Of a stretch of DNA of 64,000 nt, positions 13,101 to 22,958 are shown one piece after another. A program made the translations under genes and the position numbers. This stretch comes from an uncultured virus (IMG/VR IMGVR_UViG_3300025407_001324) (taxonomy: Duplodnaviria; Heunggongvirae; Uroviricota; Caudoviricetes): the IMG/VR virus record IMGVR_UViG_3300025407_001324; one strand, given 5' to 3'. Every line of letters starts with the position of its first letter. The stretch's first letter is position 1. The notes beneath the pieces are model-generated. The model made no database searches. It worked only from the letters and a program-made list of their open reading frames with translations, and had not been told where the DNA came from.

Positions 13101-13517
13101 AACTATTCCAGTTAAATAACGTCCATTACCAAAAAAGTAATTGGCAGTGATGTTTCCACTGGTGGCTACACTGGCATTACCGTTGTTTACCAATACAGGC
13201 TGACCGCCTACCAATAACCCACCATTTGGGTCTGTGCTTAACGGTACATTACCAATCCAAACTGTGTGATTACTTACAAATAACTCTTTCCACTGAAGAT
13301 CTGGAGTACCTAAACTATAGGTCACATTGGCTGATGGCACTAGGTTACTGCTGATACTAGAAAGATTAATGTCGTTGATGGGGAAACCGCCAGCAGTTAC
13401 TCCGTCATGAACTATTAAAGTCCAATTATCTGTGTTAACCGTGACCTCACCGGGCGCACCAACAAAAGTGCTGTTTTGTGCTGTGTTTCCACGTCTCCAT
13501 TGTACTTGTTTAGCCAT
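10167..13517 (-). CDS. Collagen-repeat tail fibre with Mtd_N-like N-terminus
   Basis: [21 protein letters not shown]...HDG.TAGG N-terminus; three long GXY tracts. Confidence 0.85.
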   Translation of the reverse strand: MAKQVQWRRGNTAQNSTFVGAPGEVTVNTDNWTLIVHDGVTAGGFPINDINLSSISSNLVPSANVTYSLGTPDLQWKELFVSNHTVWIGNVPLSTDPNGGLLVGGQPVLVNNGNASVATSGNITANYFFGNGRYLTGIVSTSNYGDANVAAYLQGNITAGNIVATGIFYPNGQPILGGGGGSSTGTILSNSAPVSPTQGEQWFDPTAGQIYIYYGNAWVTANPGIAGPTGPTGPAGPSGGPQGPQGPAGNDGPQGPTGPAGGPSGPQGPSGPQGPTGPAGSQGYQGPVGAQGPQGVQGPQGIHGNVGPAGPSGIQGPQGPSGPQGPSGAVGPTGIPGVGGIRGLQGPQGAQGPQGPQGPSGAQGTAGTSGLRGLQGPQGPQGPIGATGNTGPLGPSGPVGAQGPQGPVGAQGPQGPQGQGYTYKGIYSANVAYTPYDTVTSGGNLYIKVGSTTTGSPLSDGLNWNLIVNAGPQGPQGAASTVPGPQGTQGPQGPSGPQGAASSVPGPQGPQGQTGPQGPQGPSGFNGDKYATTSNSTWTITSVNGTSGTITIGTNLSYTAAQNIFVAKDAYNYQLAAVVDYSANGRLHFSTTGSLGSGTYSSWIINLDGAVGSAGPQGPTGLQGPQGPSGVNGNDGVQGPQGPQGLQGPTGARGPQGTQGPQGPIGNVGASGPQGPQGPVGFTGPAGPAGAASTVPGPQGVQGPTGPIGPVGGNGPQGPQGPQGTFGGTTNLPLITTNTTISTSTSTGALQVAGGGGIGGNLYIGGNLVVLGTITSAGNVVTGGGSGGGGSGGFTFNGALLTLSNTATTSLQANNSGILVDGANASLLWNSTYNDWTFNTGIRTLGNSGNISNVATYFGNNIVLTGNANAVNYFGNNIVVTGYANAATFVGNGSGITYILGSAVSGTVLSAVTAQYVTGLTAANVTNALGFVPMNSNASIVSSGVAQYVTGNIQSNINGLGVLSTVTVSGNATVNALTVNNSVTIGTTLGVLGNIYSNAASGTSTSTSTALGYIGLPQNSQSSGYTLAYADQGKHVYVTANSTVTVPANSTVAFPIGSAITIVAGPTATVTISTTSDTMYLAGTGNTGSRTLAPYGMATMVKVASTTWYINGTGLS

Positions 13518-13526
13518 CGTTCTTTC

Positions 13527-14051
13527 CTAAATTGTTCCAAAATCTGCACCTGTAGCCGGGTCAGCTACAGATCCAAAATCTAATAATTCTGCTGCACCAG
13601 CGGCATACCCGCTGGGATTAATTTCTACTTGCCCAGACACACCATAATTATCATCTACATAAGCTGCAACATTTGCAGAACCATTATTGAATAATAGATT
13701 GTATGTATAATCTTGTCTATCTAAACTGTTTAACTGTAATAATTCCAATTGTCCAATGGTAACTGAACCTAATCCGGACCTTGCATTGCTAACTGTCATT
13801 TGACTACTGAGTACAACATTGGCGTTGGCATAAACGTAACTGTCTATTAAATTGAAAGTTACGGTATAATCGGTGATATCTACAGGTTTTTGATCACTGT
13901 TCAAGACCTGAATCTTAACTATGTTGTCAACACCTTGATAAAGCTTTAAGGGTCTGTTGTACACTACTCTGTTCCTTGTTGGTATAGTGGGATCTGTGTC
14001 AAATTGGACAACGACCACCGAATCGTAGAGATAACTATAAATCTGCTGCAT
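13527..14051 (-). CDS. Hypothetical structural (baseplate/fibre-anchor-like) protein
   Basis: 174-aa ORF with LYQGVDN...NSDQKPVDI; late-type TAAATA upstream. Confidence 0.6.
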   Translation of the reverse strand: MQQIYSYLYDSVVVVQFDTDPTIPTRNRVVYNRPLKLYQGVDNIVKIQVLNSDQKPVDITDYTVTFNLIDSYVYANANVVLSSQMTVSNARSGLGSVTIGQLELLQLNSLDRQDYTYNLLFNNGSANVAAYVDDNYGVSGQVEINPSGYAAGAAELLDFGSVADPATGADFGTI

Positions 14052-14111
14052 TAGATATTTAGCAGAATATCACATTCGTAATTAGCTTTGAATTTGGCTA
14101 TAAATATCATT

Positions 14112-14486
14112 GTGGAATTAGAATACCAAAAATTATTAGACGAATTTCCTTTTCTCAGCCTAGTTACCTACGGTGGCAATGAGTACATAGGAATCATTCA
14201 AAACATCGACGATGTTATCACCAGCATTTACGATTACGCTGCCTTAAAAACTTCAGATCAAAAACGACTTTATATGGAGTTGGCAGACACGTGGTGGTGG
14301 GAAAGCAACCGTATGGTTCCCATTAACATTTTCTTAAAACAAGATTGGATTCAGTTTAGGTTTACCTTAAAAACCCTAAACAGCAAGGACGTGGAATTAA
14401 AATACGGCCCAGCTATAAGTCTTAAAGAAAACGCTCAAAAACGCGGTAAGCGTCGTAGTATAACCCTAGTTCGTAGGATCGTTTAA
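14112..14486 (+). CDS. Hypothetical phage protein
   Basis: WWWESNRMVPINIFL motif; GTG start 5 nt after TATAAATA (14099-14106). Confidence 0.7.
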   Translation: MELEYQKLLDEFPFLSLVTYGGNEYIGIIQNIDDVITSIYDYAALKTSDQKRLYMELADTWWWESNRMVPINIFLKQDWIQFRFTLKTLNSKDVELKYGPAISLKENAQKRGKRRSITLVRRIV

Positions 14487-15056
14487 CAAGTTCATATTAA
14501 CTACTACAAGATGTGCATAGGCTAGGCTATGAGACTTCTTAAAGTAGTATTCATCGTCATCTGGTCGTTGCCACACAGTTTCAGCAACCTTAGCCCAGGG
14601 CAAGCCAATCAAGTGTCGTTTTCCCGGACGAATAACTGCCAAAAACATAGCCATACGGGGTATAGTATTAACTGCTTCGGGCATTTTAATCAGTGTATCA
14701 TAATGCTGATTGATGTGTATTAACTGCTCACAGAACTCACGCTGATATAGTTTATCCCACGGTGGCTCTTGTGCCATTAGACTATTCAAATGATCTTCGT
14801 CTCGTACTTGATTATACAGGCCGACATTCAAAAAGTCCAACTTGGTATAGCCTAGATCTTCAGCTGATTGATACTCTATACTGGCTACACCCAGCAAAGG
14901 ATCTGTGGATACATCCGTGGCGTAGACTCCAGTATTATGCTTGATTAACTTGCCGTCTCGCATGATACTTGCAGGAGTTGTTTTAAGCAACGCCAATGCA
15001 CGATTGCGGTCCCCGAAATCTATATCAATATCACTGGAAAACTTCTTTTGATTCAT
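14466..15056 (-). CDS. Miniature/split DNA polymerase III alpha (DnaE) catalytic-core protein
   Basis: SDIDIDF, HNTGVY, KLDFLNV, FKKSHSLAYA match DnaE palm/finger motifs in about 196 aa. Confidence 0.75.
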   Translation of the reverse strand: MNQKKFSSDIDIDFGDRNRALALLKTTPASIMRDGKLIKHNTGVYATDVSTDPLLGVASIEYQSAEDLGYTKLDFLNVGLYNQVRDEDHLNSLMAQEPPWDKLYQREFCEQLIHINQHYDTLIKMPEAVNTIPRMAMFLAVIRPGKRHLIGLPWAKVAETVWQRPDDDEYYFKKSHSLAYAHLVVVNMNLLNDPTN

Positions 15057-15736
15057 AGTCCTGCTGATTTCAATATATCTTTGATCCATTCAGTATCTGC
15101 CATAAAGTCTTGAAATTTTCTCTGCCAAAATTCTGGATCAATCCAAGGCAATATCATCGCAACTTGTTCTTCATTGAGTGTATCAAGTACTGCAATACCG
15201 CTGGCACAATTGTATACAATCCAAGGGCTAATGCGGCCAGTGGTAATATGGTAACACACAAGACTATTGCCCGCAACACGGAAATAGTCGTTAAAATTAA
15301 CTGTAGAACTTGTTTGATCGTCTGCATATTCCTGCATTTCTTTGAATGCTCTTTCCAGTGCGTCTTGCACTGATTCTTTTTTCATATAATCAAATAGCCA
15401 TTCGGTATACAATGTATCTTTGCACCAATTGTCTAATTTCTTATTGTTTCTTAATAGCCATTCAGTAAAGCTAGTGGTATTTACCGCACGAATAGCAACC
15501 AAGTATCTGCCGTACTTGACAAACGCACTATAATAAGGACTGGCAACAAAATCTTTGTAGGATTTTAATTTTGCACTACCTTGTGTTATTTCATAGAATC
15601 TCAAATAGGCTTTTAATCCTAACTGCACACCTGTTTCTTTTTCCTGTTGCCAACGTCGTTTAGGTTCGCAAAGATGTGCAAGAAGACTACTTTCTTTTCT
15701 AAAGTCTTTGTTACAGTAACGACAAGTAAAACTCAA
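15053..15736 (-). CDS. Hypothetical protein with N-terminal zinc finger
   Basis: CxxC-x12-HxC N-terminus. Confidence 0.7.
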   Translation of the reverse strand: MSFTCRYCNKDFRKESSLLAHLCEPKRRWQQEKETGVQLGLKAYLRFYEITQGSAKLKSYKDFVASPYYSAFVKYGRYLVAIRAVNTTSFTEWLLRNNKKLDNWCKDTLYTEWLFDYMKKESVQDALERAFKEMQEYADDQTSSTVNFNDYFRVAGNSLVCYHITTGRISPWIVYNCASGIAVLDTLNEEQVAMILPWIDPEFWQRKFQDFMADTEWIKDILKSAGL

Positions 15737-16197
15737 CCTAATTCCTTTTTAATTTCAGCTTCGGACATTCCCATACTACGAGCGTGTGCTTTAAGATCTG
15801 CAGTGGTGTTTAGTTCTGCCAATAGTTCAATTTCGTCTGCTTTCATTTCTGGATTTAGGCGTGTTAAAAACTTAATGGCCTTGTTGTTATTGCCTTCGGC
15901 TTTTTTGGCACCTTGCCAATAATGTCTTTTGACTCCCATACCAGGACTAACAGAACTTAACAATAACCATTGTAATTTAGGATGATGATTCAAATCAAAG
16001 AAATTGATATTGGCACGTTCATTGGTAGCTCTAAGATACCATTCTTGGAAATCAGGATCTCCCTCTACGCTGGCACTATAACGCAACATTAAATATGTAC
16101 TGAACTTTTTCTTTTCTTCGTCAGTTAACTCATCATAAAATTCACGATTACGTGTATCCAGTTGTCGTAGTTCATTGTTAAGACTTAATTTATCCAT
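15733..16197 (-). CDS. Clamp-loader small subunit-like (T4 gp62-like)
   Basis: FSTYLMLRY...N...HPKLQWLLL...W pattern; replication context. Confidence 0.5.
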   Translation of the reverse strand: MDKLSLNNELRQLDTRNREFYDELTDEEKKKFSTYLMLRYSASVEGDPDFQEWYLRATNERANINFFDLNHHPKLQWLLLSSVSPGMGVKRHYWQGAKKAEGNNNKAIKFLTRLNPEMKADEIELLAELNTTADLKAHARSMGMSEAEIKKELG

Positions 16198-16198
16198 T

Positions 16199-16534
16199 TT
16201 ATACCCTGTGATAAGCAACCGAATTGTTTTCTCTTTCTTGTTCTTCTTTAATCAAGTTATAGACTATTATAACACGTTCTAACTCTGACTGCAAGGTAAC
16301 ATTTGTCCGAGCCATCCGACGGATTTCGCCCCACATCTGGTCTTCTTTTATTTGCTCGTGTACTGTTTTTCCGTCTACAAGTCTAGCATCAGGTGGAAGT
16401 TTATGTCCGCTAACTGGATCCCAATCGTGACCAATTGGGAATCTGGTACTGGGCTCAGAGCCCATTTCCCTAGCATAAGTGGTATTGCCCACTCGTTCGT
16501 ATATGTAAGTAGCACCAGGTTTTAGTTGTCCCAT
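16199..16534 (-). CDS. Hypothetical protein
   Basis: LKPGATYIYERVGNTTYARE; co-oriented in the operon. Confidence 0.65.
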   Translation of the reverse strand: MGQLKPGATYIYERVGNTTYAREMGSEPSTRFPIGHDWDPVSGHKLPPDARLVDGKTVHEQIKEDQMWGEIRRMARTNVTLQSELERVIIVYNLIKEEQERENNSVAYHRV

Positions 16535-16538
16535 ACCA

Positions 16539-17042
16539 TTACCAACATTTAGTATAGTTAACAACCTCACTTTGACGACTAATATCTTTGATAAAAAATA
16601 CGCAAAGTGGCTTTTTTACTCCGTGCTCTAATGGTACTGCCAACATCTGGCCGGGCTTTAGTTTAGGAAAGTACCATTTGACATCTTGGTAAATGTCGAT
16701 TACTTCCACAGGGAAGAACTCGGGCCTAAATCCTGCCATTGGATTAAAAGCAAATACACTGAATCCGCGGTCATTGATACTGGTAAGAGGAACAACTTCT
16801 AAGTCACCTAAGTCAGGTTCTCCAATTAACAGTTGCCAGTCTATGGGCATTTTAATTATATTACCGCCTATGTTCAATACTAATGCTGGGCTATTAAAAC
16901 TTTCTAAAAAGATCAAAGGTATAAAAAAGTAATCAGGTTCCTTGGGATCACTATTATCTAATACACAGAATCTGATATCATCTATTTCTTCGGGTATTTC
17001 ATTTAATTCGTAGCTGGTATTTTCTAATGTTAATAAACGCAC
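16539..17042 (-). CDS. Hypothetical protein
   Basis: 167-aa ORF downstream of a sigma70 promoter. Confidence 0.7.
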   Translation of the reverse strand: MRLLTLENTSYELNEIPEEIDDIRFCVLDNSDPKEPDYFFIPLIFLESFNSPALVLNIGGNIIKMPIDWQLLIGEPDLGDLEVVPLTSINDRGFSVFAFNPMAGFRPEFFPVEVIDIYQDVKWYFPKLKPGQMLAVPLEHGVKKPLCVFFIKDISRQSEVVNYTKCW

Positions 17043-17068
17043 TTACTGTATCCTTGTTATATGTTGTT

Positions 17069-17097
17069 AGTATACACTAACGACCTGGCAATGTCAA
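17069..17097 (-). promoter_or_regulatory. sigma70-type promoter
   Basis: TTGACA-N17-TATACT. Confidence 0.7.
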
Positions 17098-18551
17098 TGC
17101 CAAGTTATCTTTTCCACTTCGAATGGATAGTTCGCTTCTTTATAGAAAGCCTTTCTTTTAGTGAGATGCCTTTTTGCAAACTTACACGTCGATGTGATGT
17201 CCCAGATTTGGACAAAGTCTTTGTCCTCCGCTTTTCTAATGCCTCGCCCAATTGATTGTATAACGCGAACAAAGCTTTTTCCGGGCTCCAGAAGAACCAA
17301 ATTAAAAATCCTAGGGATATTAATACCAACAGCGGCCACACCATAAGTCGCCACCAAAATCTTATTAGTACTTGTTGCAATCTCATCATATTCCTCTTTT
17401 CGATTCTTTGATTTAGTGGCTCCACTTACAAATACTGCACGGTCGCCTAATTTGTTTACAATAAGTTTTCCGCTGGCAACTCTATCAACTAGTATTAATG
17501 TATTGCCTGACTCTTTGATGTTGTCAATAAAATTAGCAATGTATTCTATACGCTCGTCATTTTCAGTAAGATACTTGAGCTCTTGTTGATAGTCCTTGTA
17601 CTCTACATAGTCTACCAATTGACGTACTTTAACGTGACAACTGGCCAAATGACCTGCTTCCTGTAGTTCACTGGCACTGAGTCTTCCCAATACTTCGCCT
17701 AAACTACAACGCAAGGACATAAACTCAAAATCCTCTTTGGGAATAGTGCCGGTCAATCCCCACCTAATAGGTACTCGGGCAAACACACTTGTGAGAATCG
17801 TCTTCAATGCGTCGGCTTTGGCCATATGTGCTTCATCGACCATTACACACACTACACCTTCAATAAACTCACCAACAGTTACTTCTGCAGTTCCTGCTTG
17901 TGTGTTTTTAAGCAGATTGTTTAGACTTTGCCAAGTACAAATAGTATGTGTACGGCCAAACTCTTTGCGGTCACCAAAGTAAACTCCAACATCTAATCCC
18001 ATATTGATATAGTCAGCTTCAGTTTGAGTTACCAAACTTTTGTTGGGAACAATAACAATACTGCGACCATACTTTTCAACACACGCACTCAGGCTGGCAG
18101 TCATAATAGTTTTACCTGCACCTGTAGCTACTTCTTGCAAGCATTGGGGGTTGGCTAAAAACTTGTTGATAATACCAACTTGATAGTCACGCAACATCAC
18201 AGGCTGACCTGCACGTTCGTGTTTGGGTGGCCACTTGATATGACTAAAACTGTCTTCGCGTATTTCATCAAAGCTGAATGTAGTGCTGTACTCACGTTGG
18301 TCAACAATTTCTACATCGTAGCCCTGTTCTTCCAAGTAAGGCAAAATTTCTGGCAGTAAGTTGATATAACTAGTACCGCCCAGTGCAAAAAATGCTACTT
18401 TGCCATCCCATCGTCCCAGCCTAACTGCAGGAGTATATCTGGCACCAGGTATTTCAAATTTGAATTTGTTAACTAGATTTTTTCTTGTGGTAAGATCCAG
18501 CCCCTCGATTTTCAAGTTGACTTCGTCTTTGATTATTAGTGTACAGTTCAT
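17094..18551 (-). CDS. uvsW: UvsW-like SF2 DNA helicase
   Basis: LRDYQ, ATGAGKT, DEAH, TGT, QSIGRGIR motifs. Confidence 0.9.
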   Translation of the reverse strand: MNCTLIIKDEVNLKIEGLDLTTRKNLVNKFKFEIPGARYTPAVRLGRWDGKVAFFALGGTSYINLLPEILPYLEEQGYDVEIVDQREYSTTFSFDEIREDSFSHIKWPPKHERAGQPVMLRDYQVGIINKFLANPQCLQEVATGAGKTIMTASLSACVEKYGRSIVIVPNKSLVTQTEADYINMGLDVGVYFGDRKEFGRTHTICTWQSLNNLLKNTQAGTAEVTVGEFIEGVVCVMVDEAHMAKADALKTILTSVFARVPIRWGLTGTIPKEDFEFMSLRCSLGEVLGRLSASELQEAGHLASCHVKVRQLVDYVEYKDYQQELKYLTENDERIEYIANFIDNIKESGNTLILVDRVASGKLIVNKLGDRAVFVSGATKSKNRKEEYDEIATSTNKILVATYGVAAVGINIPRIFNLVLLEPGKSFVRVIQSIGRGIRKAEDKDFVQIWDITSTCKFAKRHLTKRKAFYKEANYPFEVEKITWH

Positions 18552-19585
18552 TCTAGTTTAATTATTTTTTCACTGTTGGCTAACCAACTTTGTTTTTTGG
18601 AACCTATCATCATTGCAGTATGTGTTACTATCAATTTAGGTTGTAGATCACTGGGGCTTGTTCTTGCCAAATACACAACTGCAGGATCGTCAACAACAAC
18701 TCTATCAGCAGCATTGTCATATATGTAAACGGGCAATCTATTTACCAATTTAGCATACTTGACTATTGAACCAAGTTTGTCAGTTTCTTTACTGACAACT
18801 CTTTCAGTTAAATAATCTACGGTATCGGGATCGTACATACTGTATAACGTATTCAGTAGGTCTTGGTTTACATTATAACCTAATACCGAGCTGTTGTCTA
18901 CTAATGTGAGTAAATTGTCTAAACCAAAGCCCCCCAATTTACTGTTAACATAGTCTATTAGACTATCGGCGGCGTTGGTAATAGTGTAGTGATCGCCCGT
19001 TTGTATCAATTCAATTGTATACCCTTTGGCTTCTACTTCGGTCAATTGATCATATTGTGCGAGAATACTGGGTGCTATTTCGAATTCATACGTGGGAGCT
19101 ATAGTCACTAGCCAATTCAAATTGTATTCAGTTTTAGCAAGGCACCAAGCTCTTAGTTCTTTGTCGAACAGTATTTTGCCCTGGCCTTCTTTGATTTGCT
19201 TTTTGATTGTATTGATAAAATCATTATCGTAGGGGAATCGCATAACATAATATTCGTCGGTTTCTGTTATGCTCTTGGTCCTATCAACAACTCTAATGCC
19301 CATTCTAAACTGTAGGTCATCGGGCACTGCAACAGGCGGAGACAGTCTAGACAGTTGTCTTGTGTATTTGATAACCAGTCTTTTGGCCAAGTCTGCTTGT
19401 TTGTCAGTGTAGGCTTTGTTATGATGAACCACTTGCGAACTTAAACTGCTGACAATAGCAATATCGTATCTTGCAAGACTAATGGGAGATTTGTGACTGT
19501 CAAACAAACCAATGAGCGTGCCGGCGGCATCTCTGTCACCAGCAAAAAACTCTATGTAATCTTCTACGTAATTGAATTTTATCAT
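18548..19585 (-). CDS. Hypothetical protein
   Basis: 345-aa ORF coupled to uvsW; TTGACT-N17-TAGAAT upstream (19592-19620). Confidence 0.7.
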   Translation of the reverse strand: MIKFNYVEDYIEFFAGDRDAAGTLIGLFDSHKSPISLARYDIAIVSSLSSQVVHHNKAYTDKQADLAKRLVIKYTRQLSRLSPPVAVPDDLQFRMGIRVVDRTKSITETDEYYVMRFPYDNDFINTIKKQIKEGQGKILFDKELRAWCLAKTEYNLNWLVTIAPTYEFEIAPSILAQYDQLTEVEAKGYTIELIQTGDHYTITNAADSLIDYVNSKLGGFGLDNLLTLVDNSSVLGYNVNQDLLNTLYSMYDPDTVDYLTERVVSKETDKLGSIVKYAKLVNRLPVYIYDNAADRVVVDDPAVVYLARTSPSDLQPKLIVTHTAMMIGSKKQSWLANSEKIIKLE

Positions 19586-19618
19586 TTGTTAATTCTAACA
19601 CACTTGTAAAACAAAGTC

Positions 19619-19645
19619 AAAAAAAGCTCTACCGAAGTAGAGCTT
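19619..19645 (-). terminator. Intrinsic terminator
   Basis: AAGCTCTAC-TTCG-GTAGAGCTT hairpin followed by a T tract. Confidence 0.85.
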
Positions 19646-19704
19646 ATAAAAGGTTGCCCGAGGAGCTAACTGAGAAAAGTAGGCAACCGAAACAGAAAAA
19701 CAAC

Positions 19705-19932
19705 TTACTCACTTTGCAATCGATTCCATATGTATTCTTCTTCCTTAACGTATGCAACCAGTTTTAACCAACCCTTCATATGTGCTCGCCGAATCATCTG
19801 TATGTATTCTGCAGGACAATCAACACTGAATTCTATACTGGCACGGGGATAAGTAACCATACTATCTAAGATGGCGAATCCTTTTTCCCCTTCGCAAAGT
19901 TTCATCACTGCTTTATCTTTAGCAGTATACAT
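19705..19932 (-). CDS. Hypothetical protein
   Basis: TAATG overlap with the ATPase gene. Confidence 0.6.
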   Translation of the reverse strand: MYTAKDKAVMKLCEGEKGFAILDSMVTYPRASIEFSVDCPAEYIQMIRRAHMKGWLKLVAYVKEEEYIWNRLQSE

Positions 19933-20960
19933 TAAGCAGCTTTCATACAAGTTGTGGTAGCCATTGCTTTCCAGCGAGTAGGGAAACTCTTGCGCAAATC
20001 TGCAATCTTAAGAGCCATACGCAAACTCAATTCACGCAAACGGTCTTTGTTCTCATTCATAAACTCAATGATCTCGTCTTGTGTAACTTGCTCGAAATCA
20101 TAGTCCGAAAACAATACGCCATCTTTGGCAATCTGCTGAATACGCAACAATTTATCACGCTGTGTATCCAATGTCAAATCCAAATAGTGGCAACGTGACT
20201 GGAGTGCATCCAAGTGGTCACGTAACTTTTGAGATTTCATTTGGTCAAACTTCAAGTTGGTAATAAAGATAACACTACCGCTGAATGTAAAACTATCTGG
20301 GATACCTTCTCTACGCAACAAATTGCTGTCTGACAACCAAGAGATTTTGCGTTTCTTACCTGAGTCAAGCGCACCTTTAAGCAAGTTGAGTGCAACATCA
20401 TCTAGCAAAATACTGTCACAGTCGTCAAACACCAACACACAATTACTGTCCGAATACTTGTAGAGTGTACTATACAATCCAAGAGCAGTTGCAGAACCTT
20501 TTACAACTTCTGCGCGGAGTTTCTTGCCTGCAATTTGGTCGAACAAGCAAGCCTTTTCTATTTCTTGCTCTACGCCAAAACTCTTACCAACTCCAGGGGG
20601 GCCTGACACAATCATAGCACGAATGTCGCCATTGGTAGCAGCTTTGGTCATTTCTGTAAGGATTTCAAAACGCTCTCTAATACGCTCAATGGCTTGCTCA
20701 TCTGTTTCTACTACTGCCATTGGTGCGGTAACTGTTTTTACCATTGTTGTATTCTCCGTCGAAGTTGTAAAATTGTAACTGTCCATTCCGCCGCATCTAA
20801 TGCGAAGTTTTTCTGGAAAATCTGGGAAAGTGCCGTTATTTTTAACAGTAACAAAACCACCATTTGCACCTGATTTATACTGTTCTACTAGCTCAAACAC
20901 CATACCGTTAACTGGCTGATTACGATAAGTGCCTTGTGTAATTTGAATAAACTGTGACAT
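19932..20960 (-). CDS. AAA+ ATPase
   Basis: Walker A GPPGVGKS, Walker B LVFDDCD, FITN, ALQSR. Confidence 0.85.
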   Translation of the reverse strand: MSQFIQITQGTYRNQPVNGMVFELVEQYKSGANGGFVTVKNNGTFPDFPEKLRIRCGGMDSYNFTTSTENTTMVKTVTAPMAVVETDEQAIERIRERFEILTEMTKAATNGDIRAMIVSGPPGVGKSFGVEQEIEKACLFDQIAGKKLRAEVVKGSATALGLYSTLYKYSDSNCVLVFDDCDSILLDDVALNLLKGALDSGKKRKISWLSDSNLLRREGIPDSFTFSGSVIFITNLKFDQMKSQKLRDHLDALQSRCHYLDLTLDTQRDKLLRIQQIAKDGVLFSDYDFEQVTQDEIIEFMNENKDRLRELSLRMALKIADLRKSFPTRWKAMATTTCMKAA

Positions 20961-20992
20961 TTTGTTAGCTCCTTTTTAATTACTATACAAGT

Positions 20993-21021
20993 ATTATAGC
21001 AAAAGACAGAATTTGTGTCAA
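20993..21021 (-). promoter_or_regulatory. Consensus sigma70 promoter
   Basis: TTGACA-N17-TATAAT with extended TG. Confidence 0.85.
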
Positions 21022-21056
21022 AAACCCACCAAAATGGCAGGCTTTTAGTGTTGTTT

Positions 21057-21344
21057 TTATGCAACAGCTACACGACGTGCAAGTGTTTTGTATACATTAT
21101 TGGGCATTTTAACACTAACATTTAAGGCGTTTGCACGAGTTTTTAGTGCTTCTACTGCTGCCTCTACTGTTAATAAACTTGCCGTTTTTGGGGGCAAATC
21201 TACTAAAAATAACGCATTGTTGCTGACAAAATTGGAGTAAGTTTGGGCAACTATACGCAAAGCTGTAACGTCCCGTTTATAGGGACTACGCTTAAAATTA
21301 ACTTTTACATACAAAGTACTAACAGGTGATGTGTTAAACTGCAT
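21057..21344 (-). CDS. Hypothetical protein
   Basis: AGGAG RBS and TGCTATAAT upstream. Confidence 0.65.
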   Translation of the reverse strand: MQFNTSPVSTLYVKVNFKRSPYKRDVTALRIVAQTYSNFVSNNALFLVDLPPKTASLLTVEAAVEALKTRANALNVSVKMPNNVYKTLARRVAVA

Positions 21345-21423
21345 ACTAGCTCCTTGTTGTTAAGTTACAATTATAGCAGAATGCCCAAATTTGGGCAAAC
21401 TGCTTGTTACTTTTTTACAACAA

Positions 21424-21516
21424 TTACTGAGCTTTTTGCGGTGCGGGTTTTTTAGGTGCTTCGGTGCAAGTTTCGATGCCCTTGAAGTGCCATTTTCTGC
21501 AGAAAGTACATTCCAT
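21424..21516 (-). CDS. 30-aa putative Zn-binding microprotein
   Basis: MECTFCRKWHFKGIETCTEAPKKPAPQKAQ with AAGGA RBS; below the ORF-track cutoff. Confidence 0.5.
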   Translation of the reverse strand: MECTFCRKWHFKGIETCTEAPKKPAPQKAQ

Positions 21517-21595
21517 AATTAATTCCTTTATTTGTAGTGAACCATTAGTATAACACCATTGGGATTAATTTGCAATACCTTGCCAATTTGGCGGG

Positions 21596-21751
21596 TTATT
21601 CTTCGCTTTTGTTATCAGCTTCTAAATATTGCTTTAGTACTCTCATTGCCTTACGACTGGTATCGTAAACAAATTCTTTGCTTTCGTCTTCGGTATTGAC
21701 GACTAAGATGAAGCCATTTGCGGCTTTACGGATTTCAATTGATTCAAACAT
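21596..21751 (-). CDS. Small hypothetical protein
   Basis: MFESIEIRKAANGFIL...; AAAGG RBS. Confidence 0.65.
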   Translation of the reverse strand: MFESIEIRKAANGFILVVNTEDESKEFVYDTSRKAMRVLKQYLEADNKSEE

Positions 21752-21819
21752 AGTAGACCTTTGTGTGGTTAAGTTATACATAATAATAGCATATTATGCA
21801 TTTTAGGTCAACGGTTATT

Positions 21820-22212
21820 TTAACCAATCTTGCTGAAAACTGTGTGTAATACCTGACTGGCCGTTTGGAAATTATGCTCCATAATTTCAATATTGGCCAT
21901 ACCGTATGCAGTGGTGCCCATATCCAAATAGTAAGTTTCGGTGGGCCAGCGTCTGCGTTTTAATGGGTAACTGTGAATTAGCAAACATTCATCTGCTATG
22001 GTTTGATAACGATCAAACTGTTTACCATTAACCGCTTCCAACATCTGTATTGCAATTGGTTGTTCGCCGATATCAGTTCTTTGGAAATTTTTTGCAAAAA
22101 GATGTACAACATATTGTTCTACATCATTGTCCAAGTAAACTGCAGTTTGACCTTCACTTTCCAGTATAAGATCATAAGCAGCTTTTACATAGTCTTGCCA
22201 GTATGCACTCAT
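21820..22212 (-). CDS. Hypothetical protein
   Basis: ATG 5 nt after TAAATA; IADECLL motif. Confidence 0.65.
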   Translation of the reverse strand: MSAYWQDYVKAAYDLILESEGQTAVYLDNDVEQYVVHLFAKNFQRTDIGEQPIAIQMLEAVNGKQFDRYQTIADECLLIHSYPLKRRRWPTETYYLDMGTTAYGMANIEIMEHNFQTASQVLHTVFSKIG

Positions 22213-22223
22213 ACTGATATTTA

Positions 22224-22958
22224 TTAGACTTTGACTATCATTTCCGCAGATAATTCTTCGTCTGTCAAGAATGGTGTCATATCGTGTAACCCAGCTTGCT
22301 TGCCATTTTTCAATGCCTGTGCTGGCAAAATTTCCTGTTCGGCTTTGCAAATACAGTTGATGATAGCAGGACCTGGTGCTGATAATAATTGGGCAAAGTC
22401 AGCTAATCCCGCAACACCATTGACTTCTGCATAACCAATTTCAAACGAATCTGCAATGTCTTTGAATTTAGGGAACCAAAGTCCAGTTTCGTTACTAGTA
22501 CCAAACACTCGACCGTTAAAGTATTTGGTTTGTGTGTTTCTAATACTCAAGTATCCACTGTTATTCAAAATAATAAACTTGATATTTAGGTTGTGTTGGC
22601 GAACAACTGCTAGCTCCTGTAAGTTACTCATAAAACTACCGTCACCGATGATACTAATAACATTGCCTCCAGCAAGTGCCACTCCAATGGCCGCAGGCAG
22701 TGCCCATCCCATATCAGCTTGAGCAGGGTTAAACACAAATCTTTGACCTGCTTTGGCCTTCAATGCTACTGGGCCTGCGTAGCTGATACTGCCAGCATCT
22801 CCCATTAACACTTGGTATGCACCGCTGTGTTGGTTAATTGCATCTAATACTGCGTAGATATTCACCGTACCATCGGCATCATCAAAGTATTCGGGCTGAA
22901 TAACTGGCCAAGCAGATTTCCAATCATTACATTTATTGATCCATTCTTCACGTGTCAT
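22224..22958 (-). CDS. ThDP-dependent enzyme, C-terminal (PP) domain
   Basis: MGWALPAAIG, GDGSFMSNLQEL...NNSGY. Confidence 0.9.
   Translation of the reverse strand: MTREEWINKCNDWKSAWPVIQPEYFDDADGTVNIYAVLDAINQHSGAYQVLMGDAGSISYAGPVALKAKAGQRFVFNPAQADMGWALPAAIGVALAGGNVISIIGDGSFMSNLQELAVVRQHNLNIKFIILNNSGYLSIRNTQTKYFNGRVFGTSNETGLWFPKFKDIADSFEIGYAEVNGVAGLADFAQLLSAPGPAIINCICKAEQEILPAQALKNGKQAGLHDMTPFLTDEELSAEMIVKV

Noticed and set aside
10167..13517. Mtd_N-like domain suggesting a diversity-generating retroelement
   Set aside because: No reverse transcriptase and no template/variable repeat pair seen in the window.
22955..22958. Frameshift pseudogene in the ThDP enzyme
   Set aside because: The break is a clean ATGA coupling at an inter-domain linker and both halves keep their motifs, although a sequence error is not excluded.
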